This document shows, piece by piece, positions 18,533-28,648 of a stretch of DNA of 64,000 nt (its first letter is position 1; every line of letters begins with the position of its first letter). The notes below the pieces were generated by a model. It saw nothing but the letters and a program-made list of their open reading frames with translations. It did no database searches and was not told the origin of the DNA. Position numbers and translations under genes: made by a program. Origin of the DNA: Patescibacteria group bacterium (GTDB lineage: Bacteria > Patescibacteriota > Patescibacteriia > UBA9934). The stretch is taken from the NCBI GenBank assembly GCA_038064675.1, contig JBBTSM010000002.1:70507-134506 (forward strand). Direction: 5' to 3'.

Positions 18533-19009
18533 ATGGCGATCAATCATATTCCTCGATTACTGCGGTTGGCTCGAAGAACGGGCGATCGGTTGATTGTGAC
18601 AGATGAGACTGGGGGAGGGGAGCCGATGGTGATTTTGCCGTTGGAAGAGTATGAGGCTTTGATTGATCAAGCGTTTGGACCGGGTGAGGGGGCATTTGAG
18701 GACGGGGGAGCCGATTTGCCGGTATATGGGGATGGTCGGGCAAGGTCTGTGCCCATGCGGGAGGTTGAGGAAGAAGCCGAGGCGATGATTGAGTTGTCCG
18801 AGGAGATTATCGCTGAGGTCACTGACGAGGCGGCCGATGAGGCAGATATTGACGAGGAGGCGCTCAAGAGTCTTTGGCAGGTGCCGGAGTCCGTAGAGGA
18901 AGTGAAGGAAGACGTGAAAATCGCAGAAAAGCCACAGGAAGTGGCAAAAAAGAAGTCAAGTCGGGGCGAGGGAGGAGAAGAGGGGTTCTACCTGGAAGCG
19001 ATTGATTAG
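18533..19009 (+). CDS. Hypothetical acidic protein upstream of tuf
   Basis: Folded-looking N-terminus (LARRTGDRLIV...MVILPLEEYEAL), Glu-rich tail, terminal FYLEAID; T-ATG start. Confidence 0.8.
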   Translation: MAINHIPRLLRLARRTGDRLIVTDETGGGEPMVILPLEEYEALIDQAFGPGEGAFEDGGADLPVYGDGRARSVPMREVEEEAEAMIELSEEIIAEVTDEAADEADIDEEALKSLWQVPESVEEVKEDVKIAEKPQEVAKKKSSRGEGGEEGFYLEAID

Positions 19010-19029
19010 CCTTCCGTGTATAAGCGGAC

Positions 19030-19058
19030 TTGCGTGATTTTCCTGGTTTTGCTACACT
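19030..19058 (+). promoter_or_regulatory. Sigma70 promoter of tuf
   Basis: TTGCGT-17bp-TACACT with extended TG. Confidence 0.65.
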
Positions 19059-19136
19059 CTCGCCACATTTATTTTCCGAAAGTCTCACTCACTCGCTGAG
19101 TATTCCGCACACGGAATGCCCGCATAATTTCTTCGT

Positions 19137-20324
19137 ATGGCAGAACAGTTTGACCGCACAAAGCCGCACGTCAACGTCGGCACCATTGGTCACGTCGACC
19201 ACGGCAAGACCACCACAACCGCAGCAATTTTGCTTGTGGCTGCTACAATGGGAAACAAGGCGCAAACAAAGGGTATTAACGACCTTGATAAGGCGCCAGA
19301 ATCCAAGGCACGTGGTATCACCATTTCGACGGCGCACTGTGAGTACGAGACGGCAAACCGTCACTACGCACACGTGGACTGTCCAGGACACGCAGACTAC
19401 GTGAAGAACATGATCACGGGTGCTGCTCAGATGGACGGCGCAATTCTCGTCGTTTCCGCTGCTGACGGTCCAATGCCACAAACACGCGAACACATTTTGC
19501 TCGCAAAGCAGGTTGGCGTTCCTTCAATTCTCGTCTACTTGAACAAAGTTGACATGGTTGATGATCCAGAACTTATCGACCTCGTTGAGCAGGAAGTTCG
19601 CGATCTTTTGAAGAAGTACGATTTCCCAGGCGACGAAGTTCCAGTTATTCGCGGTTCTTCCGTGAAAGCACTCGAAGATCCAGCGGGTCCAGGTGGTCAG
19701 CCAATTCGCGATTTGCTCGCAGCATTGGATGCATACATCCCACAGCCAATTCGCGATCTTGATAAGCCTTTCCTTTTGCCAGTGGAAGACGTCTTCTCTA
19801 TTGAAGGACGCGGAACCGTGGTGACTGGTCGTATCGAGCGCGGTGTCTGTAACGTTGGAGACGAAGTAGAAATCGTCGGCATTAAGGACACCGTCAAGTC
19901 GACGGTGACCGGTATCGAAATGTTCAACAAGTCTTTGAACAAGGGTATGGCTGGCGACAACGCTGGTATTCTTCTCCGCGGTGTGAAGAAGGAAGACGTT
20001 GAGCGTGGTCAGGTTCTTGCAAAGCCAGGAACCGTGAAGCCACACACCAAGTTCGAAGCGGAAATCTACGCTTTGACCAAGGAAGAAGGTGGTCGTCACA
20101 AGCCATTCTTCAAGGGCTACAAGCCACAGTTCTACATCCGTACTACGGATGTGACCGGTGAAATCGCTCTTCCAGAAGGCACAGAGATGGTGATGCCAGG
20201 AGACAAGGTCAACGGTATCGTCACTCTTATCAACCCAGTCGCACTCGAAGAGAAGATGCGCTTTGCTATCCGCGAGGGTGGCCGAACGGTTGGTGCAGGT
20301 ATTGTCGTAAAAATTCTTGAATAA
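19137..20324 (+). CDS. tuf: Elongation factor Tu
   Basis: [45 protein letters not shown]. Confidence 0.99.
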   Translation: MAEQFDRTKPHVNVGTIGHVDHGKTTTTAAILLVAATMGNKAQTKGINDLDKAPESKARGITISTAHCEYETANRHYAHVDCPGHADYVKNMITGAAQMDGAILVVSAADGPMPQTREHILLAKQVGVPSILVYLNKVDMVDDPELIDLVEQEVRDLLKKYDFPGDEVPVIRGSSVKALEDPAGPGGQPIRDLLAALDAYIPQPIRDLDKPFLLPVEDVFSIEGRGTVVTGRIERGVCNVGDEVEIVGIKDTVKSTVTGIEMFNKSLNKGMAGDNAGILLRGVKKEDVERGQVLAKPGTVKPHTKFEAEIYALTKEEGGRHKPFFKGYKPQFYIRTTDVTGEIALPEGTEMVMPGDKVNGIVTLINPVALEEKMRFAIREGGRTVGAGIVVKILE

Positions 20325-20398
20325 TTCTTGAAAAAGAACATGAAGGCAGAACGCAAAAACGTCTGCCTTCCTCTGTTTCAGAAATCGCCCTTTTCACT

Positions 20399-20734
20399 AT
20401 GACCGACGCAACAAAAACAAAGGAAGACGTGAGGCAGCGGATTCGCATCAAGATCCGTGCCTACGATCACAAGGTGATCGACACTGCTACGCAGACCATC
20501 ATTAAGACGGCTGAGCGCAGTGGAGCAGAAGTTCTTGGTCCGGTTCCATTGCCAACGGAAATCCGTCGCTTCACGGTGAACCGTTCAACATTCATCGACA
20601 AGCAGTCTCGCGATCAGTACGAGATGCGCGTGCACAAGCGCTTGATCGACATCGTCAATCCAACAGAGCGAACAATCGATGCGCTCATGAGCTTGAACCT
20701 TCCAGCTGGCGTCGACATCGAAATCAAAATGTAA
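20399..20734 (+). CDS. rpsJ: 30S ribosomal protein S10
   Basis: [24 protein letters not shown]. Confidence 0.99.
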   Translation: MTDATKTKEDVRQRIRIKIRAYDHKVIDTATQTIIKTAERSGAEVLGPVPLPTEIRRFTVNRSTFIDKQSRDQYEMRVHKRLIDIVNPTERTIDALMSLNLPAGVDIEIKM

Positions 20735-20740
20735 TTCACC

Positions 20741-21001
20741 GCAGTGGGAACTGCGACGAGATCATCTCTCATAGACGGTTTCATCGCAGTTCCCACTGCA
20801 AACGCTCCAACATCGAACCGAGAAGAAAGATTCGCTTGCGAAAAACCTTCTTGATGCTTCGTGAGGAGTTCGGGAGACCTCTTTTCAACGATAAAAAACT
20901 CAATCAACATCCGCACATCTCCTATGTGCATCCATTCGTTGTTTTGAGCTAGAAGTTTTTCGCCGTATGCGAAGCTTCTGGTTTTTTCGTTCAAAGGGCC
21001 C
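20741..21001 (+). other. Structured 312-nt rpsJ-rplC spacer (candidate cis-regulatory RNA)
   Basis: Perfect 16-bp stem GCAGTGGGAACTGCGA/TCGCAGTTCCCACTGC plus further nested hairpins. Confidence 0.45.
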
Positions 21002-21046
21002 TTACTTAATACCGTTCCTCTGCCTTGCGCATGAACGAAAGATTCT

Positions 21047-21670
21047 ATGAAAGTTCTTCTCGGAAAGAAAATCGCCATGACACAGGTCTTCCGACCAGAT
21101 GGGTCGGTCGTGCCAGTGACGCTCATTGAAGCAGAGCCTTCGGTGGTCGTCGCGGTTCGCAATGATGTTCAGGGTCGCTCGGTGATGGTTGTCGGCTTCG
21201 ACAAAACCACCAACGTTACAAAAGCAGAAGCTGGAGTAACAGGAGACCTTGGCACGTTCCGAACATTGCGAGAGTTTCCTCTTGCAGACGGTGAAACCGC
21301 AGAGCGCGGCACCGCTATCACGGTTTCAGCCTTTACCATCGGTGACATCGTGAACATCGTCGGCACCTCAAAGGGCCGCGGTTTCCAAGGTGTTGTGAAG
21401 CGTCACGGATTCCATGGTCACCCACGAACGCACGGTCATAAGGACCAAGAACGTAAGTCGGGTTCCATCGGTGCCGGTGGCATTCAGCGCGTGTTCAAGG
21501 GAATGCGCATGGCCGGACGAATGGGAAGCGATCGTGTCACGGTCAAGAACCTCGAAGTGATGACGATTGATACGGAGAAGAACATTATCGGAATTAAGGG
21601 TGCAGTCCCTGGGAGCCGTGGAAGCCTCGTGACTATTCTCGCAACTGAAGGAAATGTATGGCTCAAGTAA
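21047..21670 (+). CDS. rplC: 50S ribosomal protein L3
   Basis: GKKIAMTQ, GTSKGRGFQGVVKRHGF, RMAGRMG. Confidence 0.99.
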   Translation: MKVLLGKKIAMTQVFRPDGSVVPVTLIEAEPSVVVAVRNDVQGRSVMVVGFDKTTNVTKAEAGVTGDLGTFRTLREFPLADGETAERGTAITVSAFTIGDIVNIVGTSKGRGFQGVVKRHGFHGHPRTHGHKDQERKSGSIGAGGIQRVFKGMRMAGRMGSDRVTVKNLEVMTIDTEKNIIGIKGAVPGSRGSLVTILATEGNVWLK

Positions 21671-22290
21671 AACTCTACAATTGGAAGGGGACAGACGCTG
21701 GCATGGTCACATTGCCAGACGCATTGTTCGCTGTGGAACTAAACAGCAATCTCATCCACGATGTTATCGTCGCGCAAGAAGCAAACTCTCGCGTTGTCTT
21801 GGCACATACCAAAGACCGAAGCCAAGTTTCCGGTGGTGGAAAGAAGCCATGGAAGCAGAAGGGAACCGGTCGTGCACGTCACGGATCTTCCCGTTCACCA
21901 ATTTGGGTGGGTGGAGGTGTGACTCATGGTCCGCTCGCAGAGCGTAATTTCTCGGTGAAATTGAACAAGAAGACGAAGCGCACTGCGCTTGCCATGGTTC
22001 TTACCGACAAACTTCAGGACGGTGCGTTTATTGCGGTGGAAGACTTTGGTTTCCCAGAAGCAAAAACAAAGTTTGTCGCGCAAATGCGCGCAGCACTTCC
22101 TGGTGCTCGTGGTTCTGCGCTTATCGTTGTGACCGCTGATGATATTCTCATGAAGCGCGCAGCGAAGAACTTGCCTCGCACCACCACCATTCACGCCCAG
22201 AGCTTGAACGTTCGCGATGCTGCAAAGTACCGAACAATCGTGGCTTCAAAAGCTGCCATCGCGTCGATGGTTCAAACGTTTAGCGCGTAA
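21658..22290 (+). CDS. rplD: 50S ribosomal protein L4
   Basis: GGGKKPWKQKGTGRARHGS. Confidence 0.99.
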   Translation: MAQVKLYNWKGTDAGMVTLPDALFAVELNSNLIHDVIVAQEANSRVVLAHTKDRSQVSGGGKKPWKQKGTGRARHGSSRSPIWVGGGVTHGPLAERNFSVKLNKKTKRTALAMVLTDKLQDGAFIAVEDFGFPEAKTKFVAQMRAALPGARGSALIVVTADDILMKRAAKNLPRTTTIHAQSLNVRDAAKYRTIVASKAAIASMVQTFSA

Positions 22291-22293
22291 CGT

Positions 22294-22692
22294 ATGCCAA
22301 AGAAATCAACAACTGAAGTTGAGGTTGTCGCAAAGCCAGCGAAGAAGACTACAAAAAAGGCTGCCGCTGAAGTATCAGCCGCACCTGCATTGAAGTCGCT
22401 TTCCCGTTTTGCAACTGACACGCTTCTTGCACCAATGGTTACGGAAAAGATCGCGATGCTTTCAAGCAGCAACGTTATGGTTTTCCGCGTTGCACTTTCT
22501 GCAACTCGTGTTGCGGTAAAGCAGGCGTTTAAGGAGCTGTACGGAGTTACTCCAGTGAAGGTGAATGTCATCACCGTTCGTCCACGTGCCATGCACTTTG
22601 GGAAGTCCAATGGACACCTCAAGAGTTTCAAGAAAGCGATGATCTCGTTGCCAGTAGGAACGACGATCGACGTCTTTGCATCTGTTGTCTAA
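22294..22692 (+). CDS. rplW: 50S ribosomal protein L23 with Lys/Ala-rich N-terminal extension
   Basis: [14 protein letters not shown]; operon position. Confidence 0.95.
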   Translation: MPKKSTTEVEVVAKPAKKTTKKAAAEVSAAPALKSLSRFATDTLLAPMVTEKIAMLSSSNVMVFRVALSATRVAVKQAFKELYGVTPVKVNVITVRPRAMHFGKSNGHLKSFKKAMISLPVGTTIDVFASVV

Positions 22693-22696
22693 GCGT

Positions 22697-23545
22697 ATGC
22701 CAATTAAACAATACAAACCAACAACAGCAGGCCGCCGGAAATCGAGCGTTCAGTCGTTCGCCGACGTGACGTCGACATCACCACAGAAGTCGCTCTTGCT
22801 TTCCCAAAAGCAGATGGCGGGTCGTGGTGCATCGGGTCACATCTCCGTTCGTCATCGTGGTGGTGGTGCAAAACGCCATGTCCGCTTGATCGACTGGAAG
22901 CGCGATAAATACGACATTCCAGCAAAAGTTCAAACAATCGAATACGATCCAAACCGTGGAGCTCGTATCGCCCTCCTTGCTTACGCAGACGGAGAAAAGC
23001 GTTACGTTCTCGCGCCACTTGGTCTCACGGTTGGAATGACTATCGTTTCCTCAAAGGAGCGTGGTGAGCCATCGATGGGAAATCGATTCCCACTTGAAAA
23101 GATTCCGGTCGGTATGCAGGTTCATAACATTGAGCTTGAGCCGGGTCGTGGTGGAAAGATGGTTCGCGGTGCGGGTGTTGCCGCGGAACTTCTCGCAATT
23201 GAAGGTGAGCGTGCAACGCTCCGCCTTCCATCCGGTGAGGTTCGCATGGTGCCAAAAACCTGTTTTGCAACTATCGGAACCGTTTCCAACCCAGATTGGC
23301 GTTTGGTGCGATGGGGAAAAGCTGGACGCATGCGTCATCGCAGCGTTCGTCCAACCGTTCGCGGAAAGGCGATGAACCCAGTCGACCACCCACACGGAGG
23401 TGGAGAGGCTCGAAACTCAATCGGTATGCCTTCACCAAAGACGCCAACCGGAAAGAAGGCACTTGGTGTGAAGACTCGCAAGAGCAAGAAACCATCCAAT
23501 GCGTTCATTGTTCGCCGCCGACAGCACGTGAAGCGTAACGCGTAA
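22697..23545 (+). CDS. rplB: 50S ribosomal protein L2
   Basis: [26 protein letters not shown]. Confidence 0.99.
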   Translation: MPIKQYKPTTAGRRKSSVQSFADVTSTSPQKSLLLSQKQMAGRGASGHISVRHRGGGAKRHVRLIDWKRDKYDIPAKVQTIEYDPNRGARIALLAYADGEKRYVLAPLGLTVGMTIVSSKERGEPSMGNRFPLEKIPVGMQVHNIELEPGRGGKMVRGAGVAAELLAIEGERATLRLPSGEVRMVPKTCFATIGTVSNPDWRLVRWGKAGRMRHRSVRPTVRGKAMNPVDHPHGGGEARNSIGMPSPKTPTGKKALGVKTRKSKKPSNAFIVRRRQHVKRNA

Positions 23546-23549
23546 TCCT

Positions 23550-23870
23550 ATGGCACGAAGTCTCAAAAAGGGTCCTTTCATCGACCCAAAGCTCGCGAAG
23601 AAGGTGTCGAATCTTCGCGCTGGTGACAAAACAGTAATCAAGACATGGGCACGTGCATCAACAATTACTCCGGAAATGGTGGGATTCACCTTCGGAGTCC
23701 ACAATGGACGAGAATTCGTTCAGGTCCGTGTAGTGGAGAACATGGTTGGTCACAAGCTTGGAGAATTCTCGCTCACACGAAAGTTCGTTCGTCATGCAGG
23801 AAAGGCGGCAGCAGCTGCCCCTGCAGCAGCACCGGCGGCAGCGCCAGCCGCAAAGAAACTTGCTCGCTAG
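23550..23870 (+). CDS. rpsS: 30S ribosomal protein S19 with Ala/Pro tail
   Basis: [17 protein letters not shown]. Confidence 0.99.
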   Translation: MARSLKKGPFIDPKLAKKVSNLRAGDKTVIKTWARASTITPEMVGFTFGVHNGREFVQVRVVENMVGHKLGEFSLTRKFVRHAGKAAAAAPAAAPAAAPAAKKLAR

Positions 23871-23880
23871 TCCAAATATT

Positions 23881-24222
23881 ATGGAAGTCAAAGCGGTCGC
23901 AAAATTTATCCGAATCGCACCTCGCAAGACTCGTCTTGTGGTGGGGTTGATTCGAGGCAAGTCGGTGAATGAAGCTCGTCGTCAGCTGATGGTGTCCCCA
24001 AAGCTTGCAGCACGAACAGTCTTGAAGGCATTGAACTCTGCGGTTGCAAACGCAACGAACAACGCAAAGCTTGATCCTTCAACGCTCGTTGTTGTGAAGA
24101 CATGGGTCGACGAAGGCCCAAAGATTAAACGGTTTGCTCCACGTGCACAGGGTCGCGCGACACCAATTCGTCATCGAATGTCGCACATCCACGTTGTGGT
24201 CTCGCCAAAAATCACCACCTAA
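23881..24222 (+). CDS. rplV: 50S ribosomal protein L22
   Basis: RIAPRKTRLV, SAVANA, PRAQGRA. Confidence 0.98.
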   Translation: MEVKAVAKFIRIAPRKTRLVVGLIRGKSVNEARRQLMVSPKLAARTVLKALNSAVANATNNAKLDPSTLVVVKTWVDEGPKIKRFAPRAQGRATPIRHRMSHIHVVVSPKITT

Positions 24223-24225
24223 CCT

Positions 24226-24939
24226 ATGGGTCATAAAGTCAATCCAAAAGTCTTCCGTCTCTCCACGATTTACACGTGGGATTCGAAGTGGTTCGCTCGT
24301 GGAAAGCAGTTCGTGTCTTCGTTAAAAGAGGACGTGAACATCCGCGAATACTTGCGCAAGGCACTCCGTGACGTCGGTTTGGACTCGATCGGTATCGATC
24401 GCACACCAAAGCGCGTTACCATCACCATTCGTGCTGCAAAGCCGGGTGTGATTATCGGCCGCGCTGGTGCAGGAATCGAAGAGCTGAAGAAGAAGCTCTC
24501 GAAGGAGTTCTACCGCGGACAGCGCGTCACGTTGAACATCAACGTGGAAGAAGTCACGCGCCCAACGATGTCTGCGCAGATCATCGGCGATCAGATTGCC
24601 CGTGAAATTGAACAGCGTCTTCCATTCCGCCGATCCATGAAAATGGCAATCGAGCGCGTGATGAAGGGTGGTGCACGTGGTGTGAAGCTCACGCTTTCTG
24701 GCCGTTTGAACGGTTCGGAAATCGCGCGAACAGAAACCATCGCGAACGGCAGTATTCCTTTGCACAACCTTCGTGCCGACATCGACTTTGCTCGCGTGCG
24801 CGCAAATACGATTTTCGGAGTGATCGGTGTGAAAGTCTGGATCTATCGTGGTGACGTGTTCGGAACACCGGTAGAGGCACAGGCACAAACTGAGTCCGCA
24901 GAGCATCGTCCCGCACCTTCCCGCGGCGCACGGTCATAG
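24226..24939 (+). CDS. rpsC: 30S ribosomal protein S3
   Basis: MGHKVNP, KPGVIIGRAG, GRLNGSEIAR, PLHNLRADID. Confidence 0.99.
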   Translation: MGHKVNPKVFRLSTIYTWDSKWFARGKQFVSSLKEDVNIREYLRKALRDVGLDSIGIDRTPKRVTITIRAAKPGVIIGRAGAGIEELKKKLSKEFYRGQRVTLNINVEEVTRPTMSAQIIGDQIAREIEQRLPFRRSMKMAIERVMKGGARGVKLTLSGRLNGSEIARTETIANGSIPLHNLRADIDFARVRANTIFGVIGVKVWIYRGDVFGTPVEAQAQTESAEHRPAPSRGARS

Positions 24940-24955
24940 GAATTGATATCCTCGT

Positions 24956-25369
24956 ATGTTGCTTCCGAAAAAAATGAAATACCGCAAGTGGCACAAGCGC
25001 CGAACAGCCGGCGACCGCTTAGCGACGCAAAAAACGGATGTTGCCTTTGGCTCATTTGGACTCAAGGCCATCACAGAGGCATGGGTTACTGCCCGACAAA
25101 TTGAGGCAGCACGTCGTGCAATGACACGTGCTATCAAGCGTGGTGGAAAAATCTGGATCCGCATTTTCCCAGATCACCCAGTCACGAACCATGGTGCTGA
25201 AGCGCCAATGGGTAAGGGAAAGGGTGGCGTCGATTACTACATGACACCAGTCCGCGCCGGTACCGTGATGTTCGAGATGGATGGTGTGACTCCGGAAATC
25301 GCTCAAGAAGCGTTCCGTCTCGCAGCATACAAACTTCCAGTGAAGACGAAGATTGTCACCCGAACCTAA
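24956..25369 (+). CDS. rplP: 50S ribosomal protein L16
   Basis: [23 protein letters not shown]. Confidence 0.99.
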   Translation: MLLPKKMKYRKWHKRRTAGDRLATQKTDVAFGSFGLKAITEAWVTARQIEAARRAMTRAIKRGGKIWIRIFPDHPVTNHGAEAPMGKGKGGVDYYMTPVRAGTVMFEMDGVTPEIAQEAFRLAAYKLPVKTKIVTRT

Positions 25370-25373
25370 GCAT

Positions 25374-25568
25374 ATGCCTACAAAGAACGAATTCGCGGGA
25401 CTCTCCGCAAAAGAGCTCTTGGCAATGATTGCTGAGGAACGCGCCAAGCTCCGTGACATGAACCTCAAACTTTCCGTTGGTCAATTGCGCGCGGTCCGCA
25501 CCGTCCGTGAGACCAAGAAACGTATCGCTCGTTTGGAGACACAGCGCTCCGCGATCAAAACCTCATAA
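25374..25568 (+). CDS. rpmC: 50S ribosomal protein L29
   Basis: KKRIARLET; position between rplP and rpsQ. Confidence 0.93.
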   Translation: MPTKNEFAGLSAKELLAMIAEERAKLRDMNLKLSVGQLRAVRTVRETKKRIARLETQRSAIKTS

Positions 25569-25570
25569 GT

Positions 25571-25867
25571 ATGGCAATCAAAAAGACATCACCAGTCGCT
25601 GAACAGCCAAAGGCTGAAAAAGTAACAATGCATCGCCGTTTTACTGGCGTGGTTGTTTCGGCGCACAAAACGCCAAAAACGATTGTCGTTCGGATTGATC
25701 GTACCGAGGTTCACCCAAAATACGGCAAGCGTTACATTGTGAGCACCAAGTTTATGGCGCACGATGAAGCGATGGTCGCAAATGAGGGTGACACGGTGAC
25801 TATTGAAGAGACGCGTCCGCTTTCGGCACGAAAGCGCTTCCGCGTTGTTTCAACGCCAAAAGCGTAA
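25571..25867 (+). CDS. rpsQ: 30S ribosomal protein S17
   Basis: GVVVS, HPKYGK, AHDE, ETRPLS. Confidence 0.98.
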   Translation: MAIKKTSPVAEQPKAEKVTMHRRFTGVVVSAHKTPKTIVVRIDRTEVHPKYGKRYIVSTKFMAHDEAMVANEGDTVTIEETRPLSARKRFRVVSTPKA

Positions 25868-25878
25868 CCCGACTTTGT

Positions 25879-26250
25879 ATGTTGCAACATCGATCCATGA
25901 TGAGTGTCGCCGATAACACCGGCGCAAAAGTCCTCCAAGTCATTCGTGTCCTCGGCGGCTACAAAAAGCGGTACGCTCGTTTGGGCGACGTCGTGACTGC
26001 CGTTGTGAAGCAAGCTGCTCCACATACGATGGTAAAAAAGAGCGACGTGGTTCACGCCGTGATCGTTCGTACACGAAAAGAAGTTCGTCGAAAGGACGGC
26101 TCTTACATTCGTTTCGACGAAAATGCAGGCGTCATCATTAACCGCGTTTCAAAAGAGCCGAAGGGAACACGTATCTTTGGACCAATCGCTCGCGAGTTGC
26201 GCGCAGAAGGGTTCACAAAGATTGTGTCTCTTGCTCCTGAAGTCCTCTAA
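25879..26250 (+). CDS. rplN: 50S ribosomal protein L14
   Basis: VADNTGA, RFDENA, GTRIFGP, SLAPEVL. Confidence 0.99.
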   Translation: MLQHRSMMSVADNTGAKVLQVIRVLGGYKKRYARLGDVVTAVVKQAAPHTMVKKSDVVHAVIVRTRKEVRRKDGSYIRFDENAGVIINRVSKEPKGTRIFGPIARELRAEGFTKIVSLAPEVL

Positions 26251-26260
26251 ATCCTCTCCT

Positions 26261-26584
26261 ATGAAAATCAAAACCGGAGACAATGTCCGCGTCATTGCGG
26301 GCAAACATAAAGGAAAAGAGGGAAAGGTCATTCAAACGTTCCCAGCGCGAGAACTCGTCGTCGTTGACGGTGTGAACCAAGCGGTGAAGCACATTAAGGC
26401 GAAGGGGAAGACTGCAGCTGGTCAGCGCGTCACCTTCAATGCGCCGTTCCAAGCATCGAAAGTCGCCATTATCGGCGAAGGCGGTGCAAAGGGTCGCGTG
26501 GGCTACTCGTTCATCACCAAAGATGGACGTCAGCAAAAAGTGCGCGTCCTTCGCACAAAGAAGGGTGTGACACAAATCGACTAG
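26261..26584 (+). CDS. rplX: 50S ribosomal protein L24
   Basis: MKIKTGDNVRVIAGKHKGKEG KOW motif. Confidence 0.97.
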   Translation: MKIKTGDNVRVIAGKHKGKEGKVIQTFPARELVVVDGVNQAVKHIKAKGKTAAGQRVTFNAPFQASKVAIIGEGGAKGRVGYSFITKDGRQQKVRVLRTKKGVTQID

Positions 26585-26585
26585 T

Positions 26586-27134
26586 ATGCAGAATATCCAA
26601 GAACAAATGAAAACGACCGTTGGTCCAGCACTCCGAAAGGAATTTGGCTACACCAACATTCACGAGACGCCAGTCATCACGAAAGTGACGATCAACGCTG
26701 GGCTCGGGAAAGGAAAGGATGCCAAGTTTGCTGACGTGGTGGTTGAAACCTTCCGCCGCATCACTGGTCAACAGCCTGTCCGCACGAAGGCGAAGAAATC
26801 CATTGCAGGATTCAAGGTTCGTGAAGGCATGGTGGTCGGAGTCATGGCGACACTTCGTGGCAAGCGTATGTGGGATTTTCTCACGAAGCTTACGAACATC
26901 GCTTTCGCACGTATTCGTGACTTCCGCGGCATTCCTGAATCTGCTGTCGACAGCCAGGGCAACTTCAACTATGGATTTACGGAACACATCGCTTTCCCAG
27001 AAATTCATCCAGACGAAGTAGAGTCGCTCCACGGGCTCCAAGTGACAATTACAACAACGGCAAAGAACCACGAAGAAGGCATTGCCCTTCTCAAAGCGAT
27101 CGGATTCCCGTTCGCTTCCAAGCAACAGAAATAA
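26586..27134 (+). CDS. rplE: 50S ribosomal protein L5
   Basis: ITGQQP, KSIAGFKVREG, RIRDFRG, FPEI. Confidence 0.99.
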   Translation: MQNIQEQMKTTVGPALRKEFGYTNIHETPVITKVTINAGLGKGKDAKFADVVVETFRRITGQQPVRTKAKKSIAGFKVREGMVVGVMATLRGKRMWDFLTKLTNIAFARIRDFRGIPESAVDSQGNFNYGFTEHIAFPEIHPDEVESLHGLQVTITTTAKNHEEGIALLKAIGFPFASKQQK

Positions 27135-27137
27135 GCT

Positions 27138-27323
27138 ATGGCAACGACGAATCAAATCGCAAAGTCGGCGAAGAAGCCAAAGTTCAGCACACGCGTCGTT
27201 CATCGATGCTGGCGCTGTGGCCGTAAGCGCTTCTTCATGCGAGCCTTTGGCCTGTGCCGTATCTGTTTCCGTGAACTTGCGAACGTAGGTGAGATTCCGG
27301 GAATTCGAAAAGCAAGCTGGTAA
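27138..27323 (+). CDS. rpsN: 30S ribosomal protein S14 type Z (Zn-binding)
   Basis: RCWRCGR...LCRICFRE, IPGIRKASW. Confidence 0.98.
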   Translation: MATTNQIAKSAKKPKFSTRVVHRCWRCGRKRFFMRAFGLCRICFRELANVGEIPGIRKASW

Positions 27324-27327
27324 TCCT

Positions 27328-27723
27328 ATGATGACCGATCCAATTTCCGACATGCTCACCCGAATCCGCAACGCATCCATGACGCGTGCGGTGACTGTTG
27401 AGATGCCGATGTCTAAAATGAAGTTCGCAATGGCGAAGATCCTCGAAAAGGAGGGCTACCTTGTCGCTGTTGAAACGTTCCAAGATGGCGCAAAGCCAAT
27501 GCTGCGTGTTCGCCTTGCATATCGCGAGAGCGGCGAGCCAGCAATTGCATCTATCGTTCGAAAGAGCAAGCCAAGTCTTCGCGTGTACGTGAAAGCTGAT
27601 AACTTGCGTAGCGTCCGATCCGGACAGGGTTGTTCGATTCTTTCGACGCCAAACGGATTGATGACGAACAAAGAAGCGCACAAGCGTCGCTTGGGCGGTG
27701 AACTTATCTGCGAAATCTACTAA
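27328..27723 (+). CDS. rpsH: 30S ribosomal protein S8
   Basis: TDPISDMLTRIRNA, SKPSLRVY, GGELIC. Confidence 0.99.
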   Translation: MMTDPISDMLTRIRNASMTRAVTVEMPMSKMKFAMAKILEKEGYLVAVETFQDGAKPMLRVRLAYRESGEPAIASIVRKSKPSLRVYVKADNLRSVRSGQGCSILSTPNGLMTNKEAHKRRLGGELICEIY

Positions 27724-27724
27724 T

Positions 27725-28276
27725 ATGTCTCGCATTGGAAAAAAACCAGTCTTCTTGCCGGCCGGTGTGACTGCGACTATCGCGGGAAACACGGTGTCCG
27801 CAAAAGGACCAAAGGGCGAGCTTTCGCTTGTGCTTCACCCGCACGCTGCCGCTGCGCTTTCTACGGAAGAAGGTGTTTCGCAGATTAATGTTACCGTCGT
27901 CGATCCAGATCGCGAAGACCGTGCAATTTGGGGAACCATGCGCGCGCTTATCGCGCAGATGGTGAAGGGTGTATCCGAAGGATACGTCAAAGCACTCGAA
28001 TTGAACGGTGTCGGATTCAAAATGAACTTGCAGGGAACGATGTTGGTGCTTTCCCTCGGCTTCTCGCACGATGTAAAATTCGTGTTGCCAGCAGGAATCA
28101 CGGCCAAGATCGAAACAAACGTTTTGACGATTAGCGGAGCAGATGCTGCGCTGGTTGGAAAGATCGCTGCAGAGATCCGTTCACAGAAAAAGCCTGAGCC
28201 ATACAAAGGCAAGGGTTTCCGCTATACTGACGAAATTATTCGTCGTAAGGCTGGTAAGGCGTCGAAGAGCGAATAA
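27725..28276 (+). CDS. rplF: 50S ribosomal protein L6
   Basis: MSRIGKKPV, KGPKGEL, PEPYKGKG. Confidence 0.99.
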   Translation: MSRIGKKPVFLPAGVTATIAGNTVSAKGPKGELSLVLHPHAAAALSTEEGVSQINVTVVDPDREDRAIWGTMRALIAQMVKGVSEGYVKALELNGVGFKMNLQGTMLVLSLGFSHDVKFVLPAGITAKIETNVLTISGADAALVGKIAAEIRSQKKPEPYKGKGFRYTDEIIRRKAGKASKSE

Positions 28277-28285
28277 TCCCTCTCT

Positions 28286-28645
28286 ATGTTGCGAAAGAAT
28301 ATCCTCGCGAAACGTCACGGAAAAGCGCGCCGCGCTCTCCGGACTCGCGCAAAAATTCATGGCACTGCGGAGCGACCTCGCCTCACCGTATTTCGTTCCA
28401 GCAAGCACATTAGTGCTCAGTTGGTGAACGACGATATTGGCAAGACGTTGTGCTCGGCCTCCGATGTGAAGATGCCAAAGGCTGATAAGCCCCTGGTTCG
28501 AGCTGAAAATGTTGGCGTCGCTCTTGCGACGGCGGCAAAGACGCTTGGTGTCACTTCGGTGATCTTTGATCGCGGTTCGTATCTTTATCACGGTCGTGTC
28601 GCTGCGATTGCGGAAGCATGTCGCGCGAACGGACTTCAGTTCTAA
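28286..28645 (+). CDS. rplR: 50S ribosomal protein L18
   Basis: RPRLTVFRS, FDRGSYLYHGRV. Confidence 0.99.
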   Translation: MLRKNILAKRHGKARRALRTRAKIHGTAERPRLTVFRSSKHISAQLVNDDIGKTLCSASDVKMPKADKPLVRAENVGVALATAAKTLGVTSVIFDRGSYLYHGRVAAIAEACRANGLQF

Positions 28646-28648
28646 CCT

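Noticed and set aside
19200-19320. Divergent EF-Tu motifs ([15 protein letters not shown])
   Set aside because: Core GTPase residues are intact; likely lineage-level divergence and cannot be evaluated without an alignment
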